From a virus (Duplodnaviria; Caudoviricetes), in IMG/VR virus record IMGVR_UViG_3300036792_000179, positions 1 through 56,663 of that record: a stretch of 56,663 bases of DNA; one strand, given 5' to 3'. This document shows, in pieces, positions 43,368 to 53,192 of the stretch. The translations under genes were made by a program, and so were the position numbers. Positions within the stretch are counted from its first letter, which is position 1. Every line of letters begins with the position of its first letter. Below the pieces are notes generated by a model. It was not told where the DNA came from and did not search any database. It was given only the letters and a program-made list of their open reading frames with translations.

Positions 43368-44248
43368 GCAAGCCACCGACAGTCATCCGCTCATGGGCGC
43401 AGGGATCTCCCGCCGAACGCGCGTTTCGCAAGCAGAATCAAGCCAAAGCTGCAGCCGCAATCAGGGAAGCGCCCCTTCCACCACGCATCGCCACGACGTC
43501 CCAGGAAGTCGGCTTCACAGGAATAAAAGGCGCAACGGTCAAGCGCTTCTCGGCACTCGCCGGAGAAGGCAACGCCACGATCACGGGCGGCTGGGCCAAG
43601 ATTGCCGAAGTGCCTCGCTTCCAGCGAGTAGCGATCACAGTGCCGGAAGGCTACCCGCCGCTACAGATCACGATCCCGATTCTCTTCGATGCGGTCGTCA
43701 AGACCAAAAACCGCGAATCGGTCGAGGCGGAAATCCTGATCCTCGAATGGATGGCCGGACGTCCTGCGACGAGTGCGGAAATCAAAGGTGAACCGCCGCT
43801 GGTCGAAGTTTATTCGGTGAATGCGAACGGGGCACAGACCAACCTCGTGCCGAAGCCCTTGCAAACCGTGCCGGGGCGCAATCAGTCCTGGTACATCACG
43901 AACCTTGCCTTCGGCGAGAGCGTGCCGAACGAACTCATCCGCAGCTCCGGTGGGGATCGCATCCGACAAGCGGTGACAGTGACTCTCACCGAAGTCGTCA
44001 GCGCTCCGAGCCTCATCCAGCGCCGCCGCGAAGAACGCGAAGCGGTCAAGGGCAAGTTCCAGACCTTCCGCACCACGCAGGCGATCGACTCAATCAAGAA
44101 GGTCGCCAGTGCGGGCTATGGCAAACCGGGGATCTGGAAAGCGATATTGGCTGCCAACCGCAAGCTCGGCAGCAATCCGGAACGAGAACTCAAACCGGGC
44201 ACGAAGGTCAAGGTGCCCGAGGACGCGCTACTTCAGGTGGCTAAATGA
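43364..44248 (+). CDS. Tail tube initiator with LysM-like domain
   Basis: DSIKKVA...YG....WKAILAAN...L.PG.KVKVP. Confidence 0.75.
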   Translation: MSKPPTVIRSWAQGSPAERAFRKQNQAKAAAAIREAPLPPRIATTSQEVGFTGIKGATVKRFSALAGEGNATITGGWAKIAEVPRFQRVAITVPEGYPPLQITIPILFDAVVKTKNRESVEAEILILEWMAGRPATSAEIKGEPPLVEVYSVNANGAQTNLVPKPLQTVPGRNQSWYITNLAFGESVPNELIRSSGGDRIRQAVTVTLTEVVSAPSLIQRRREEREAVKGKFQTFRTTQAIDSIKKVASAGYGKPGIWKAILAANRKLGSNPERELKPGTKVKVPEDALLQVAK

Positions 44249-46341
44249 GCGAAGCTCTGGGTCAAGTCGCCAACGCGCAGGCGCTGTCGAAGTTCCTCGC
44301 CAAGAAGATCTCCGAAGGGTCGGCGAAGGGAACGGTCTCCGAAGAAGAACTGGCAAGCCGGATCAGCGAGATCGAACTCCAAACGCAGATCTCGGGCGCG
44401 AGCTTCATCAAAGTCCAGATCATCGATCCAGAATGGACGCTACAGACCTCCGGCTTCGTCGATGTGAACGACGAAGGGTTCCTGAACGATGTCGAGGTCG
44501 AATTCCCTGAAGGAAGTGGCTGGCTCTGGACGTTCTGCGCGGTAGAAGGATCGACTGAAGTCGGTAGCCCCAACTTCACGATGACCTTCGAGGACAAGAT
44601 CATCGCTGACCTACGGCAGTACTGGGGTCCAAAGCAGGTTCCACCAAAGACTCAGACGCGCGCTCAGTTCATCCGCGCGCTCATCAACGAAGTCGGTCAG
44701 CACGGTGAACCGAAGATCAAGTTCGTCTGTCCCTCCCTGAACGTCAAGCAGCCCGTCGAAAAGAAGCAAGAAAACGGCGTCGTTCAGTCCAAAACGGCGG
44801 CTCACGAACAGCAGGAAGAAGAAAAGCAGAACAAGACTCGCGGCGTGGGCGCGGGTGCGGCGATCACGATCAAGGGCGCAAAGCCGAGCGCGACGCAACT
44901 GGCCCTGATCAACGAAGTGATGGGTATCGCCAATGGCCTGAACGCCGGCCCCCTTGCCACCGAAGCACTGATCGAGGCTTGCATCGCCGAGAACGATTTC
45001 ACGAACAACCCGGGTGGTGGAGGCGGCTCGAGCGGCCTACTGCAACTGATCCCCTCAACGGCAGCGAGCTTGGGGATAAGCCAGCTCGATGTGAAGGGCT
45101 GCGTTGAAGCTTTCCTACAGAAGGGCTTCGGTGGCAACGGCGGAGCAATCGCCTACGCCAAAGCGCACCCGGGTGCACCGGCCTACGAAGTGGCCCAAGC
45201 TGTACAGGCCTCAGGTGCCGGCGAAGCCTCAAAAGGAGCCTCCAACTACGGCGTTACAGCCGCTGAGGCCAAAGCCATCATCCAAGCGGCCGGAGGGGTC
45301 ACACTCGGCAATGTCGGGGCGAGCAGTGCTGGTGGGGGCGAATCGGACGTCGGCCAGCTACAGCGCGGGACAGAAGACAACCCCGACGAGGACTCCTACG
45401 AATGCATCACCCGCCTTGCGCAGCAGGTCAACTGGTTCGCATTCACCAACGGGCAGAACTTCTTCTATGAGGACGGCAAAGACCTAGCGCGCCAGAAGCC
45501 GACGCTGTATCTGGACATTCCGCGCAACCACATCATCGATGGACACACTGGTAAGAGCGAATACGGAGCACTTCTATCGCCCTCGACCTACACCTTCGAC
45601 AACACCAGCTTCGAATACCGCAAGACGCACAAGCTGAAAACTAAAGTCCTTCGTCGCTCTAAGGCGATCAAGCCTTCGACGCCGTCGGAGGTGCGACTCA
45701 GCATCGTCTGTGACATCGATACCTACCGTGCAGGCGATGTCGTTGTGATTCAGAACTCCGGTCCACCAAACGGCCGCTGGATCGTCTCCGACGTTACGCG
45801 CAACTGCCTCAAAGACACGTTCTCGACGTTGATCCTCGAGCCGCCCGTCGAACCGCTCCCTGAGCCGAAAGCAACCAACAGCGGAACGGTCTCGGCCGGC
45901 GAAGCATCGGGTAGCGCCAACGCTGTCGTCGCGGCTGCAAAGAAAGCGTTGGCGGAAAAGTCCAAGTATCGCTACGTCTACGGTGGCGGACGTGGCGCTG
46001 GTGCCTCACTCTTCGAGGCTCCTCCTCGGGAAATGGACTGCTCGTCCTTTACCGAGCTCTGCTTCAAAGAGGCCGGTGCACCCGATCCCTCCGGAGTCAA
46101 CTACAGCCCCATAGGAACGACCGAAACGCTCATTGCTGGATGCACGAAGGTCTCTACGCCCGCGCCGGGTGATCTCTGCTTCTTCGGCGAAGGGTCGGGC
46201 TCAGCGATCAGGACCACTCACGTCACGATCTACGTTGGCGGAGGAAAGGCGATCTCAATGGGCCAAGAAGGCGATCCGGAGGAAGGCCCGGCGCAGACGA
46301 CTGGACCGGCCGGATTCCTCGGCTACTACAGGCCGAACTGA
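44245..46341 (+). CDS. Baseplate hub with lysozyme-like and NlpC/P60 domains
   Basis: AENDF...SSGLLQ...AQAVQAS; YVYGG...DCSSF...PGDLCFF...HVTIYVGGG. Confidence 0.88.
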   Translation: MSEALGQVANAQALSKFLAKKISEGSAKGTVSEEELASRISEIELQTQISGASFIKVQIIDPEWTLQTSGFVDVNDEGFLNDVEVEFPEGSGWLWTFCAVEGSTEVGSPNFTMTFEDKIIADLRQYWGPKQVPPKTQTRAQFIRALINEVGQHGEPKIKFVCPSLNVKQPVEKKQENGVVQSKTAAHEQQEEEKQNKTRGVGAGAAITIKGAKPSATQLALINEVMGIANGLNAGPLATEALIEACIAENDFTNNPGGGGGSSGLLQLIPSTAASLGISQLDVKGCVEAFLQKGFGGNGGAIAYAKAHPGAPAYEVAQAVQASGAGEASKGASNYGVTAAEAKAIIQAAGGVTLGNVGASSAGGGESDVGQLQRGTEDNPDEDSYECITRLAQQVNWFAFTNGQNFFYEDGKDLARQKPTLYLDIPRNHIIDGHTGKSEYGALLSPSTYTFDNTSFEYRKTHKLKTKVLRRSKAIKPSTPSEVRLSIVCDIDTYRAGDVVVIQNSGPPNGRWIVSDVTRNCLKDTFSTLILEPPVEPLPEPKATNSGTVSAGEASGSANAVVAAAKKALAEKSKYRYVYGGGRGAGASLFEAPPREMDCSSFTELCFKEAGAPDPSGVNYSPIGTTETLIAGCTKVSTPAPGDLCFFGEGSGSAIRTTHVTIYVGGGKAISMGQEGDPEEGPAQTTGPAGFLGYYRPN

Positions 46342-47069
46342 TGGCAGGCAACGCCGTAACAGAGGTATTCCAGAGCAGGGGCAACCCCGTAGAACAGAGG
46401 CCCGTGCTGCGTGGGTATGTCTCAACGCTTCAGCCAGCCCCCACGGACTTTCCTGTGCCGGGCTCTGAGGAAAACCTGCTCTGGGTGATCACTCCCGAAT
46501 ACTCGACGGAGCGTCCGCTCGGCCCGTGCCAATGGAGTGCCGACCACGGAGCTTCATTGCCGGCGCCAGGCGCAGCCGTGGTCGTGGCCTTCGACGCTCA
46601 GGGCATCCCTACGGTGGTCTGGTGGGAAGGCTCGCAAACCGAACCCGCGCCGTCTGCGGAAAGCATCACCGAAGCGATGCTCGCCAAAGCGGTTCAGGAA
46701 AAGCTCAATGCGAGTGCTTGGAAAACCTTCACGCTCGGAACTAAGGTGGAAGCTGGTGGGCTACAGAGCCCCCGCTATCGCATAGAGGCCGGGGGCTCAG
46801 TCGTTCGCCTGCGCGGCTCGTTGATCGTCAAGTCGGCTCAGACGATAAAAGCGTCGGAAACTCTGTTCACGCTTCCCGAAGGCGCTCGGCCGCCGGGTCG
46901 CGTAATTACTCTTGCCGCCGCCGAAGGCAACCTAGGCATCACGGCCATCTGGCTAGAAGTGTCATCGGTAACTGGCGTCGCCATCCTAGCCGCCTATCTG
47001 ACGGGTACCGAAACGGGAGCCGGGAAAGCGGCGGCGATTCTCGACGGGGTTACATTCAACTTGACCTAA
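46341..47069 (+). CDS. Baseplate spike / fiber-like protein
   Basis: gpV-like N-terminus (GPCQW...P.PG..VVVAF); C-terminal VRLRG...LFTLPEGARP. Confidence 0.7.
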   Translation: MAGNAVTEVFQSRGNPVEQRPVLRGYVSTLQPAPTDFPVPGSEENLLWVITPEYSTERPLGPCQWSADHGASLPAPGAAVVVAFDAQGIPTVVWWEGSQTEPAPSAESITEAMLAKAVQEKLNASAWKTFTLGTKVEAGGLQSPRYRIEAGGSVVRLRGSLIVKSAQTIKASETLFTLPEGARPPGRVITLAAAEGNLGITAIWLEVSSVTGVAILAAYLTGTETGAGKAAAILDGVTFNLT

Positions 47070-47078
47070 AGGTGGAGT

Positions 47079-47393
47079 ATGAGCGAACAGCCGGTGCATT
47101 TCACGGGCGAATTCACGCTCACGCCCAACGGCGCTTTGACCGTAGAGCAGGATTCACCGGAAGACGTGGCCTCGTGCATCTTCCGCACTGCTGTCTGCGC
47201 CGAAGGCTTCCGGGAGGATCTGCCGGCCTTTGGAGTACCGGAACTGGCGTTTCAGACGATCCCGCTCGACTTGCCTTCCTACGAAGCCGCGCTGGAGTTC
47301 TGGGAGCCGAGAGCCACGCTGGAAACAGCAGAAGAAGCCGAAGCACTCAACCAGGCGCATAGACGCGTGAGGGTGGAAGTGGGCGCTGAATGA
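47079..47393 (+). CDS. gp25-like baseplate wedge protein
   Basis: EQDS..DV..C...GFR.DLP.FG...WEPRA. Confidence 0.8.
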   Translation: MSEQPVHFTGEFTLTPNGALTVEQDSPEDVASCIFRTAVCAEGFREDLPAFGVPELAFQTIPLDLPSYEAALEFWEPRATLETAEEAEALNQAHRRVRVEVGAE

Positions 47394-48814
47394 CGAGCTT
47401 TGTCAACGTCGAAATCACCGCGAACGAACAGGAACTCGCCGAAGTAGCCAAGGCGAAGCTGATCGAACTCGTCGAAGCCAGCGGAGTGGTTGGCTACGAA
47501 CTGGCCGAAGCCGACCTCGAGACGATCCTGATCGATGTCCTGGCGAGCATGGCGCTTACAGCGGCGCAGATCGCGGCCGTCGTCCCAGCAGCGATCTTCC
47601 GTCAGTTCGGCACGCAGCTGCTCAAACTGCCCTTCAACGAAGGCGCAGCAGCTACCGGGACGACCAAATGGACGATCGTCCCCGAAGCAGCGGTGCGCCA
47701 CATCTCCGCCGGCACCACGATCGAAGCAGGCGGCCTGGGCTACGAAGTCGAAGTGGAAACCGAAGTCCCCGCAAGCGCATCGTCAGTGTCATTGCAGGTC
47801 ATCGGCGTGGAAAAGGGGACCGAATACAACGGTGTCTCTGGCGTAGCGCAGCAGACCAACCCGCTCAACTACGTCACCGAAGTCCAGATCGTGGGCGAAA
47901 CCTCGGGCGGCGCGGGCGAAGAATCAGATGAAGAATACCTGAGCCGTTTGGCAGCCACGCTGACACTCCAGGCTCCGCGTCCGATCACCGCAGAAAACTA
48001 CGCCACGTTCGTCCTGGACGTGCCGAGGTCGGTCCTTCCGTCTGGGGTCGTCGTAGGCAGAGCCACCGCGATCGACGGGTACAACGGTGCGACGAACGAA
48101 CCGGAAGCGAAAGTGACGAACGGCTCGGTGACGATGACCGAAGTCACGTCATTCACGGGCATCACGGCCGGGACCGAAATCGTCGGCTCAGGCGTACCAG
48201 TCGGCGCGACTGTCGTCTCATTCAACAGCGGCGCCAAAGAAATCACGATGAGCGCGAAAGCTACGAGCTCGCCCGCCAAAACGAAATACAAAATGGTCGG
48301 CAGCTATGAAAACCAGCGCTACGTGACTACGTTCGTCATCGACAAGAGCGGCAAAGCGCTCAGCAGCACGGCGATGAAAGACATCGAAGAATGGCTCAAA
48401 GGCTTCCGGGAGATCAACTTCAAAACGCCTGTGGCCGCTCCGACCGAAAACGAAGTCTTCGTCAAAGCCAAGATCCACATCCTTCCCGAATACACATCAG
48501 CTACGGTCAAAGCGAATGTCGAATCGGCGGTCAAAGAATTCCTGAACCCCGCCAAATGGGGCAACCCCACGGCAGCCACGACAGGGTCTAACCAGTGGCT
48601 CAACTACGTAAACGGCGTAAGGCTCTACGGGATCGTCCGCTACAACCAAGTGCTCGGCGTGATCGAGAACACCCCCGGAGTGGCCTATGTCTTCGCTGGT
48701 TCAGCCGGCCTGGCAATCGGCCTCACGTTCCCGGCCACTGAAACCAATGACATAGCGATGGTCGGACCGGCACCACTGCCATCTGTTGGCGGCATCACAG
48801 TGAACGTGGAATAG
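47390..48814 (+). CDS. Baseplate J-like protein
   Basis: ATGTTKWT...GTEYNG...GG..EESDEEYLSRL...PRPIT..NY. Confidence 0.88.
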   Translation: MTSFVNVEITANEQELAEVAKAKLIELVEASGVVGYELAEADLETILIDVLASMALTAAQIAAVVPAAIFRQFGTQLLKLPFNEGAAATGTTKWTIVPEAAVRHISAGTTIEAGGLGYEVEVETEVPASASSVSLQVIGVEKGTEYNGVSGVAQQTNPLNYVTEVQIVGETSGGAGEESDEEYLSRLAATLTLQAPRPITAENYATFVLDVPRSVLPSGVVVGRATAIDGYNGATNEPEAKVTNGSVTMTEVTSFTGITAGTEIVGSGVPVGATVVSFNSGAKEITMSAKATSSPAKTKYKMVGSYENQRYVTTFVIDKSGKALSSTAMKDIEEWLKGFREINFKTPVAAPTENEVFVKAKIHILPEYTSATVKANVESAVKEFLNPAKWGNPTAATTGSNQWLNYVNGVRLYGIVRYNQVLGVIENTPGVAYVFAGSAGLAIGLTFPATETNDIAMVGPAPLPSVGGITVNVE

Positions 48815-48823
48815 GAGAGCCCG

Positions 48824-49177
48824 ATGGCGTGGATCAAACTGTCCTGGGTCGAAAAGGTCACTCGCGCGACCGAACCGACGATGAACAACATCGAACTCGG
48901 CATCGAAGAAGCGAAAACAGCAGCCGCCGCCGCCCAAAGTTCCGGCACAGAAGCACTGGGCAAAGTAGTCATCGAACGCGGTGAAGTAACGCTCTCGGGC
49001 ACACCCGGCAAAGCCGAAGTCACAGCGGCTAAAGCCACGGCGAGCAGCATCATCATCGTCAGCCCCCTGAGCGGTACGGCGATAGCCGTAGGCGTAACAG
49101 AACGCAAAGCGGGCTCGTTCAAGATCGAAGCCACTGGAGTGAGCACCGACAAAGTCGCCTGGGCGATCGTCGGATGA
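48824..49177 (+). CDS. Short tail fiber/structural protein
   Basis: MNNIELGI motif; position. Confidence 0.65.
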   Translation: MAWIKLSWVEKVTRATEPTMNNIELGIEEAKTAAAAAQSSGTEALGKVVIERGEVTLSGTPGKAEVTAAKATASSIIIVSPLSGTAIAVGVTERKAGSFKIEATGVSTDKVAWAIVG

Positions 49178-49818
49178 CGAGCATCCCGGAGACGATCCCG
49201 TTCACCATCGGCGTCTCGCCACCGTCGCTCCTCGGCCAGCGCTACGTCTCCAAGCTGACGCCCTGGCTCACGCCGGATCTCGAGCTGTACGCCGAAGCGG
49301 TCGGCGAGGCCTTTCAGCAGGTGCTCGAACTGGCCGAAGAAGAAGGCGAGCCGGGAACGCCTGGGTGGGTGCCGAGCTGGGGCAAGCTTCTGAATCCGGC
49401 GACTTGCCCCGAACAGTACCTGTTCTTCCCCGCGCAGCTCGCAGGCGTGGAACTTCCCAAAGAAGCCTCAGCGGCTGAAAAGCGGGAAATCATCCTCAAG
49501 GAGTCGGGCCTTGAACGCGGGACGCTGAAATCGATCGAAGCGGCCTGCGAACGGGTGCTGGGCCCTGGTGTGCCGTTCACGATAGAGGAGCGCACTGAAG
49601 CCAACGGGACCGAAGGCGCGTATCACTTCAATGTCGTTATTCCTACGGGCAAAGGCTCGACCGCGCTTAGAGAAGCCGTAGAAAACCAGAAGCCCGGAGG
49701 AGTGATGTTTTCGATACTTGAAGTCACCGGCGCTTGGATCAACGTGGCCGGTGGCAAGAAATGGTCCGAAGCGACCCCCGGCGAGAAATTCAGCGAAGCC
49801 AAAGAAGGAGCCCCGTGA
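49174..49818 (+). CDS. P2 gpI-like baseplate protein
   Basis: LLNPATCP...AQLAGV...RGTL.SI...QKPGG. Confidence 0.8.
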   Translation: MTSIPETIPFTIGVSPPSLLGQRYVSKLTPWLTPDLELYAEAVGEAFQQVLELAEEEGEPGTPGWVPSWGKLLNPATCPEQYLFFPAQLAGVELPKEASAAEKREIILKESGLERGTLKSIEAACERVLGPGVPFTIEERTEANGTEGAYHFNVVIPTGKGSTALREAVENQKPGGVMFSILEVTGAWINVAGGKKWSEATPGEKFSEAKEGAP

Positions 49819-49970
49819 GCAAAAGCGCCGAGGAGCTGCGCGCACTCTGGCGACTAAGCGAGGAAGGCCGCTCCTACGAGGAGTTCCCCGATGGTGCTAC
49901 GTGGGCCGATCTAGAGGACGCCAAGCAGCTGTACGAAAGGGAGCACGGCGATGCCGGGCGAAACGACTAA
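49815..49970 (+). CDS. Small hypothetical protein
   Basis: GTGA coupling; RBS AAGGAG. Confidence 0.5.
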   Translation: MSKSAEELRALWRLSEEGRSYEEFPDGATWADLEDAKQLYEREHGDAGRND

Positions 49971-50652
49971 CTACAAATTCAAGTACGCCATCGCGGTCGA
50001 TGAAATCAAAGCCTTCCCGGCCGAAGTCAGCCAACCGGGGGCCGAAAAGGTCGACGCGATCATCAAAGAACGTACCCTAACGATCAAAACCTATGCCGGG
50101 GCCGGCACCTTGAAAACCGGCGAACTGGCAATTCAGGAAAAATCGAATGAAACGTTCACGCTGCCGTCGGCGTCAACGGCCAACCAACTCATTGGAGTCT
50201 TTGCGGGTGCCTCCGCCACGGGCGTCAAAGTCACGACGAGCGGTGGCGTGAACATTGCCGGTGACTTCTTCGCCGGCCCGACTCTCACGCTGGCGAACAA
50301 TCAGCATGTGCTGTTGCTCAGTACCGGGGTCGGCTGGATCATCCTCGCCGGGGAACCAAAGCGTGAACAGACGTATGGCACGTTCCTGGCACTTACAGCC
50401 GCGAAAGAAGAAGAAGTAAGCGCATCGCGGCCAGCACTCGTAATCATTGGTGCGGAAAAGATTACGAGTGCTGGCGAACTACACGTCGAAGCCCAGGTTG
50501 GCGGCCAGACGCCTGGGATTATCAAAGTGGCAAAAGCGGAAGTCGGCGACTTTTATTCGATAGGCGGGTTTCGTGTTCCGGCCGGGCTCAAGTATAAGGC
50601 CACTAGTTCCGGCGGCGCATCCGCCCTGTTCCGGCAGATTCTCCTGGAATAG
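49951..50652 (+). CDS. Tail fiber / receptor-binding protein
   Basis: TTNYKFKY N-terminus; TFTLPSAS...GW.I pattern. Confidence 0.65.
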   Translation: MPGETTNYKFKYAIAVDEIKAFPAEVSQPGAEKVDAIIKERTLTIKTYAGAGTLKTGELAIQEKSNETFTLPSASTANQLIGVFAGASATGVKVTTSGGVNIAGDFFAGPTLTLANNQHVLLLSTGVGWIILAGEPKREQTYGTFLALTAAKEEEVSASRPALVIIGAEKITSAGELHVEAQVGGQTPGIIKVAKAEVGDFYSIGGFRVPAGLKYKATSSGGASALFRQILLE

Positions 50653-50653
50653 C

Positions 50654-51199
50654 TCAGTGAAAGGCAAGTGCGATACGACCATTGGGCATGCGTAGACGAT
50701 AAGGTACGCAAATAGTGGGTACTTCACCTACTAGTTCCCAATCCATCACAGACGAGCCCGAGGTGTGGAGCTCCGGGATGCCCAAGAGATTCCCGAACTC
50801 GTGTAGGAACATAGTGCAGAGCGACCAAAACGCCTGGTCGTCAGTGGTCCAATCGGGCCACGCGCGGCGATTGAGGACGATCGCGCATTCGGTAAAACTA
50901 GTGGCTGGCGATTCCTTGCTGTTACGCCCTGAGGGCGAGTTCCACGTTGACCAACCTTCAGGTTCTATGCCGCCGAGGGCAGCTTCGAATTCAGGCGTTG
51001 GGAGTTCAGATCTGACTTCTACGTGGCCGCCGCAGGGGTATTGGTGCCAGAAGATGCTCGCCCGTTTGACTGCCAACGTGATCGGATTATCGGCCGCGTA
51101 AGAAGCATGTGCATCAGGCGGAACGAGCGCGGCGAGCAGAGCAAGAGAGAGGGCTACCTTGAGCGCCCAGACATTAGGTGAGGGCACCGTGAGAGTCAA
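50654..51199 (-). CDS. Secreted matrixin-like zincin with altered motif (HEFGN)
   Basis: Signal peptide (AHA); HEFGNLLGIPELH...SVM Met-turn. Confidence 0.6.
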   Translation of the reverse strand: MTLTVPSPNVWALKVALSLALLAALVPPDAHASYAADNPITLAVKRASIFWHQYPCGGHVEVRSELPTPEFEAALGGIEPEGWSTWNSPSGRNSKESPATSFTECAIVLNRRAWPDWTTDDQAFWSLCTMFLHEFGNLLGIPELHTSGSSVMDWELVGEVPTICVPYRLRMPNGRIALAFH

Positions 51200-51708
51200 A
51201 TGCGCGGAGCGGGATGCACATCCGCGCGGCCCCAGACTCGATCAACGCCACGATCCCATTCTTCCCGTGCAGGCCCGTACTGTGCAGTGAAGCGCGCAAG
51301 CGTCGCAGGGTTGGGATTGCCGGTGTAGGTCACAAGCGATCCCATCGCGTTCTTGAGTTCGTTCGCGGAATGCCAGATTTCTGTCTCAGCTTCTTCGAGG
51401 TGCGAGTCGCCTTTGCTATCGGCAAACGAGTTGCGCACCTGATCTAGCTGATCGTGCGCTTCTTGAGCCAGCTTTGCTAGTTCGTCGACCGTTTCCGTGG
51501 TTTCTTCTTTCTCGACAAGGCCAACGTCGGTGAGCACCGCTTGCACATTGGCCTGGACAAGCTTCGCCGCTTCGCCGTGTTCGTGAACATATTCGGCCGC
51601 CGCGCTGCTTGGCCCAGTCGAGTCAGCCGAGCTGCTGCTAGACGAGCTCGAGGAGGCACAGCCGCCAAGCACCAGCGCCATCCCTAGCGCGATGATTGCG
51701 TTTCGCAT
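51196..51708 (-). CDS. Lipoprotein (moron; superinfection exclusion candidate)
   Basis: MRNAIIALGMALVLGGC lipobox plus Ser linker; leaderless -10 TACGGT at 51721-51716. Confidence 0.8.
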   Translation of the reverse strand: MRNAIIALGMALVLGGCASSSSSSSSSADSTGPSSAAAEYVHEHGEAAKLVQANVQAVLTDVGLVEKEETTETVDELAKLAQEAHDQLDQVRNSFADSKGDSHLEEAETEIWHSANELKNAMGSLVTYTGNPNPATLARFTAQYGPAREEWDRGVDRVWGRADVHPAPRI

Positions 51709-51870
51709 GCCGAGCACCGTACACGATACCAACCCTCCGAACAACTCCAGCGTCCCCCCAGCGGCCCGCTACAGACCGCTGGGGGAACTAACCCACGAGG
51801 AGTCCAACCTCCCCAATGAGCTTCCTCAAACGCTACAGAATCAGCCTCAATTCCACCAGCCGGGATTTCC

Positions 51871-52203
51871 GTGGCTGGCGTTGAGGACCGCGTAGCGCGC
51901 CTTGAGCGCGACTACGCACGCCTGGATCAACGCGACGTGAACGCCTCCCAGCAGCTGCAAAGCCTCACGCCCCTGCCGACCCAGATGGTGCGGCTGGAGT
52001 CGGGGCTCGAAGCCCTGCGCGACGGGCTGAAGGCGGTCAAGGAGGACATCGACGAGCTGCGCGACGGGATCAGCGACAGGACCAAAGAACAATCAGAAGA
52101 GCGACGGTCCTTGAAGCTCGCCCTGATCGGCTTGACCGGCGTCATCGGAGCGGCCTTGATCGGCGGCGTCTTCCTCCTACTGGCTGGGAGCGGTGTCTCG
52201 TGA
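51871..52203 (+). CDS. Coiled-coil membrane protein (lysis module)
   Basis: Coiled coil plus C-terminal TM helix. Confidence 0.7.
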   Translation: MAGVEDRVARLERDYARLDQRDVNASQQLQSLTPLPTQMVRLESGLEALRDGLKAVKEDIDELRDGISDRTKEQSEERRSLKLALIGLTGVIGAALIGGVFLLLAGSGVS

Positions 52204-52532
52204 CGCACATAGAGCGAAAGCTGGGTCTGACCCTTCTTACCGGCGTCATCGTTGCGATAGCTCTGACGCTGGCGATCAGCGGCACAGTCCTCGGAGTCCT
52301 GGCCCTGACCCACGTCACCAAAGACGAGCACAAAACCTGCATCGTGCAGAACCGGGGCCTGAAAGCCCAAGCCCACCTGACGGGGATCATGAGCGACATC
52401 GCCACGCTGCTCGAAACTCCGACGAACGCCCCGATCCCGCCGCGCATCCGCCATCCGCTGGAGGACTTGAAAGCCCAGCTCCCCGCCTACACCACCCTGG
52501 AGCACAAGCAGCCGAAGGGGAGGCACTGCTGA
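52200..52532 (+). CDS. Membrane protein (lysis module)
   Basis: N-terminal TM helix; paired Cys. Confidence 0.65.
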   Translation: MTHIERKLGLTLLTGVIVAIALTLAISGTVLGVLALTHVTKDEHKTCIVQNRGLKAQAHLTGIMSDIATLLETPTNAPIPPRIRHPLEDLKAQLPAYTTLEHKQPKGRHC

Positions 52533-52546
52533 GGGAAAGGTGAGCC

Positions 52547-52750
52547 ATGAACAAGCTCAGGATCGGGATCGCCATTGCCATCACCGTCGTCTGGGCCGTC
52601 GGCTACATCCTGAGCTACGTCAAACCGCACCTCTACCGCCCTCCCGACGCCCTGACGCCACTGCTCGGAGCCGTGGTCGCATACCTGGCCGCCAGAGAGA
52701 CGCGCGACGTTTGGCGCAACGGAAAGGACAAACGGCAAAATGGCTTCTGA
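52547..52750 (+). CDS. Holin-like two-TM protein
   Basis: Two TM helices; basic C-terminal tail. Confidence 0.65.
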   Translation: MNKLRIGIAIAITVVWAVGYILSYVKPHLYRPPDALTPLLGAVVAYLAARETRDVWRNGKDKRQNGF

Positions 52751-53192
52751 ATCGCACTCGATGAGCGTGGCGAAGCTCGCCACCGTCCTGGCCGTTCTAG
52801 CGCTCTTGGTCGCAGCTGCGGCGGTCACGGTGACGATCGTGCTCAACCACCGCGAAAACGTCAACGGCCAGCGGATCACCGAAGGCGAGGTTCGTCTCTG
52901 TGAACGCTTGAATGTCGTACGCCACCAGAGCAACCTTGGTCACTGGGTGCAGTGGCTCACCTTGGAGCAGAGCGTGACGCGCTCACGAAAGCTCGCCGAC
53001 GCCGAGCCTAGTTCACGAGCGATCAGGCTCAAGGGTGCTGAGGAATCAGAAGCGCTCGCGGTGAAGCTCACCTGGACGCAATTGACCGACTGCACTCAGG
53101 CGGTGGGGAACCCGAAGGGCTATCACGCTCCTGCGCCTCAGCCGTTCAGCTCAGGGGATCGTGTGCAGCCGCCTGATGACTCCGCTCACTGA
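52740..53192 (+). CDS. Membrane protein (lysis module)
   Basis: N-terminal TM helix; CERLN..R...DC. Confidence 0.65.
   Translation: MASESHSMSVAKLATVLAVLALLVAAAAVTVTIVLNHRENVNGQRITEGEVRLCERLNVVRHQSNLGHWVQWLTLEQSVTRSRKLADAEPSSRAIRLKGAEESEALAVKLTWTQLTDCTQAVGNPKGYHAPAPQPFSSGDRVQPPDDSAH

Noticed and set aside
32154-50652. Genetic-code reassignment (GAA read as Asp by the odd UUC tRNA) as the explanation for Asp scarcity
   Set aside because: Conserved Asp residues are still GAC/GAT and conserved Glu is GAA (for example baseplate J E-S-D = GAA TCA GAT), so this is amino-acid selection, not recoding.
51816-51871. Possible 1-nt frameshift extending gene 51871 to ATG 51816
   Set aside because: The extension is low-complexity and cannot be supported without homologs or reads.
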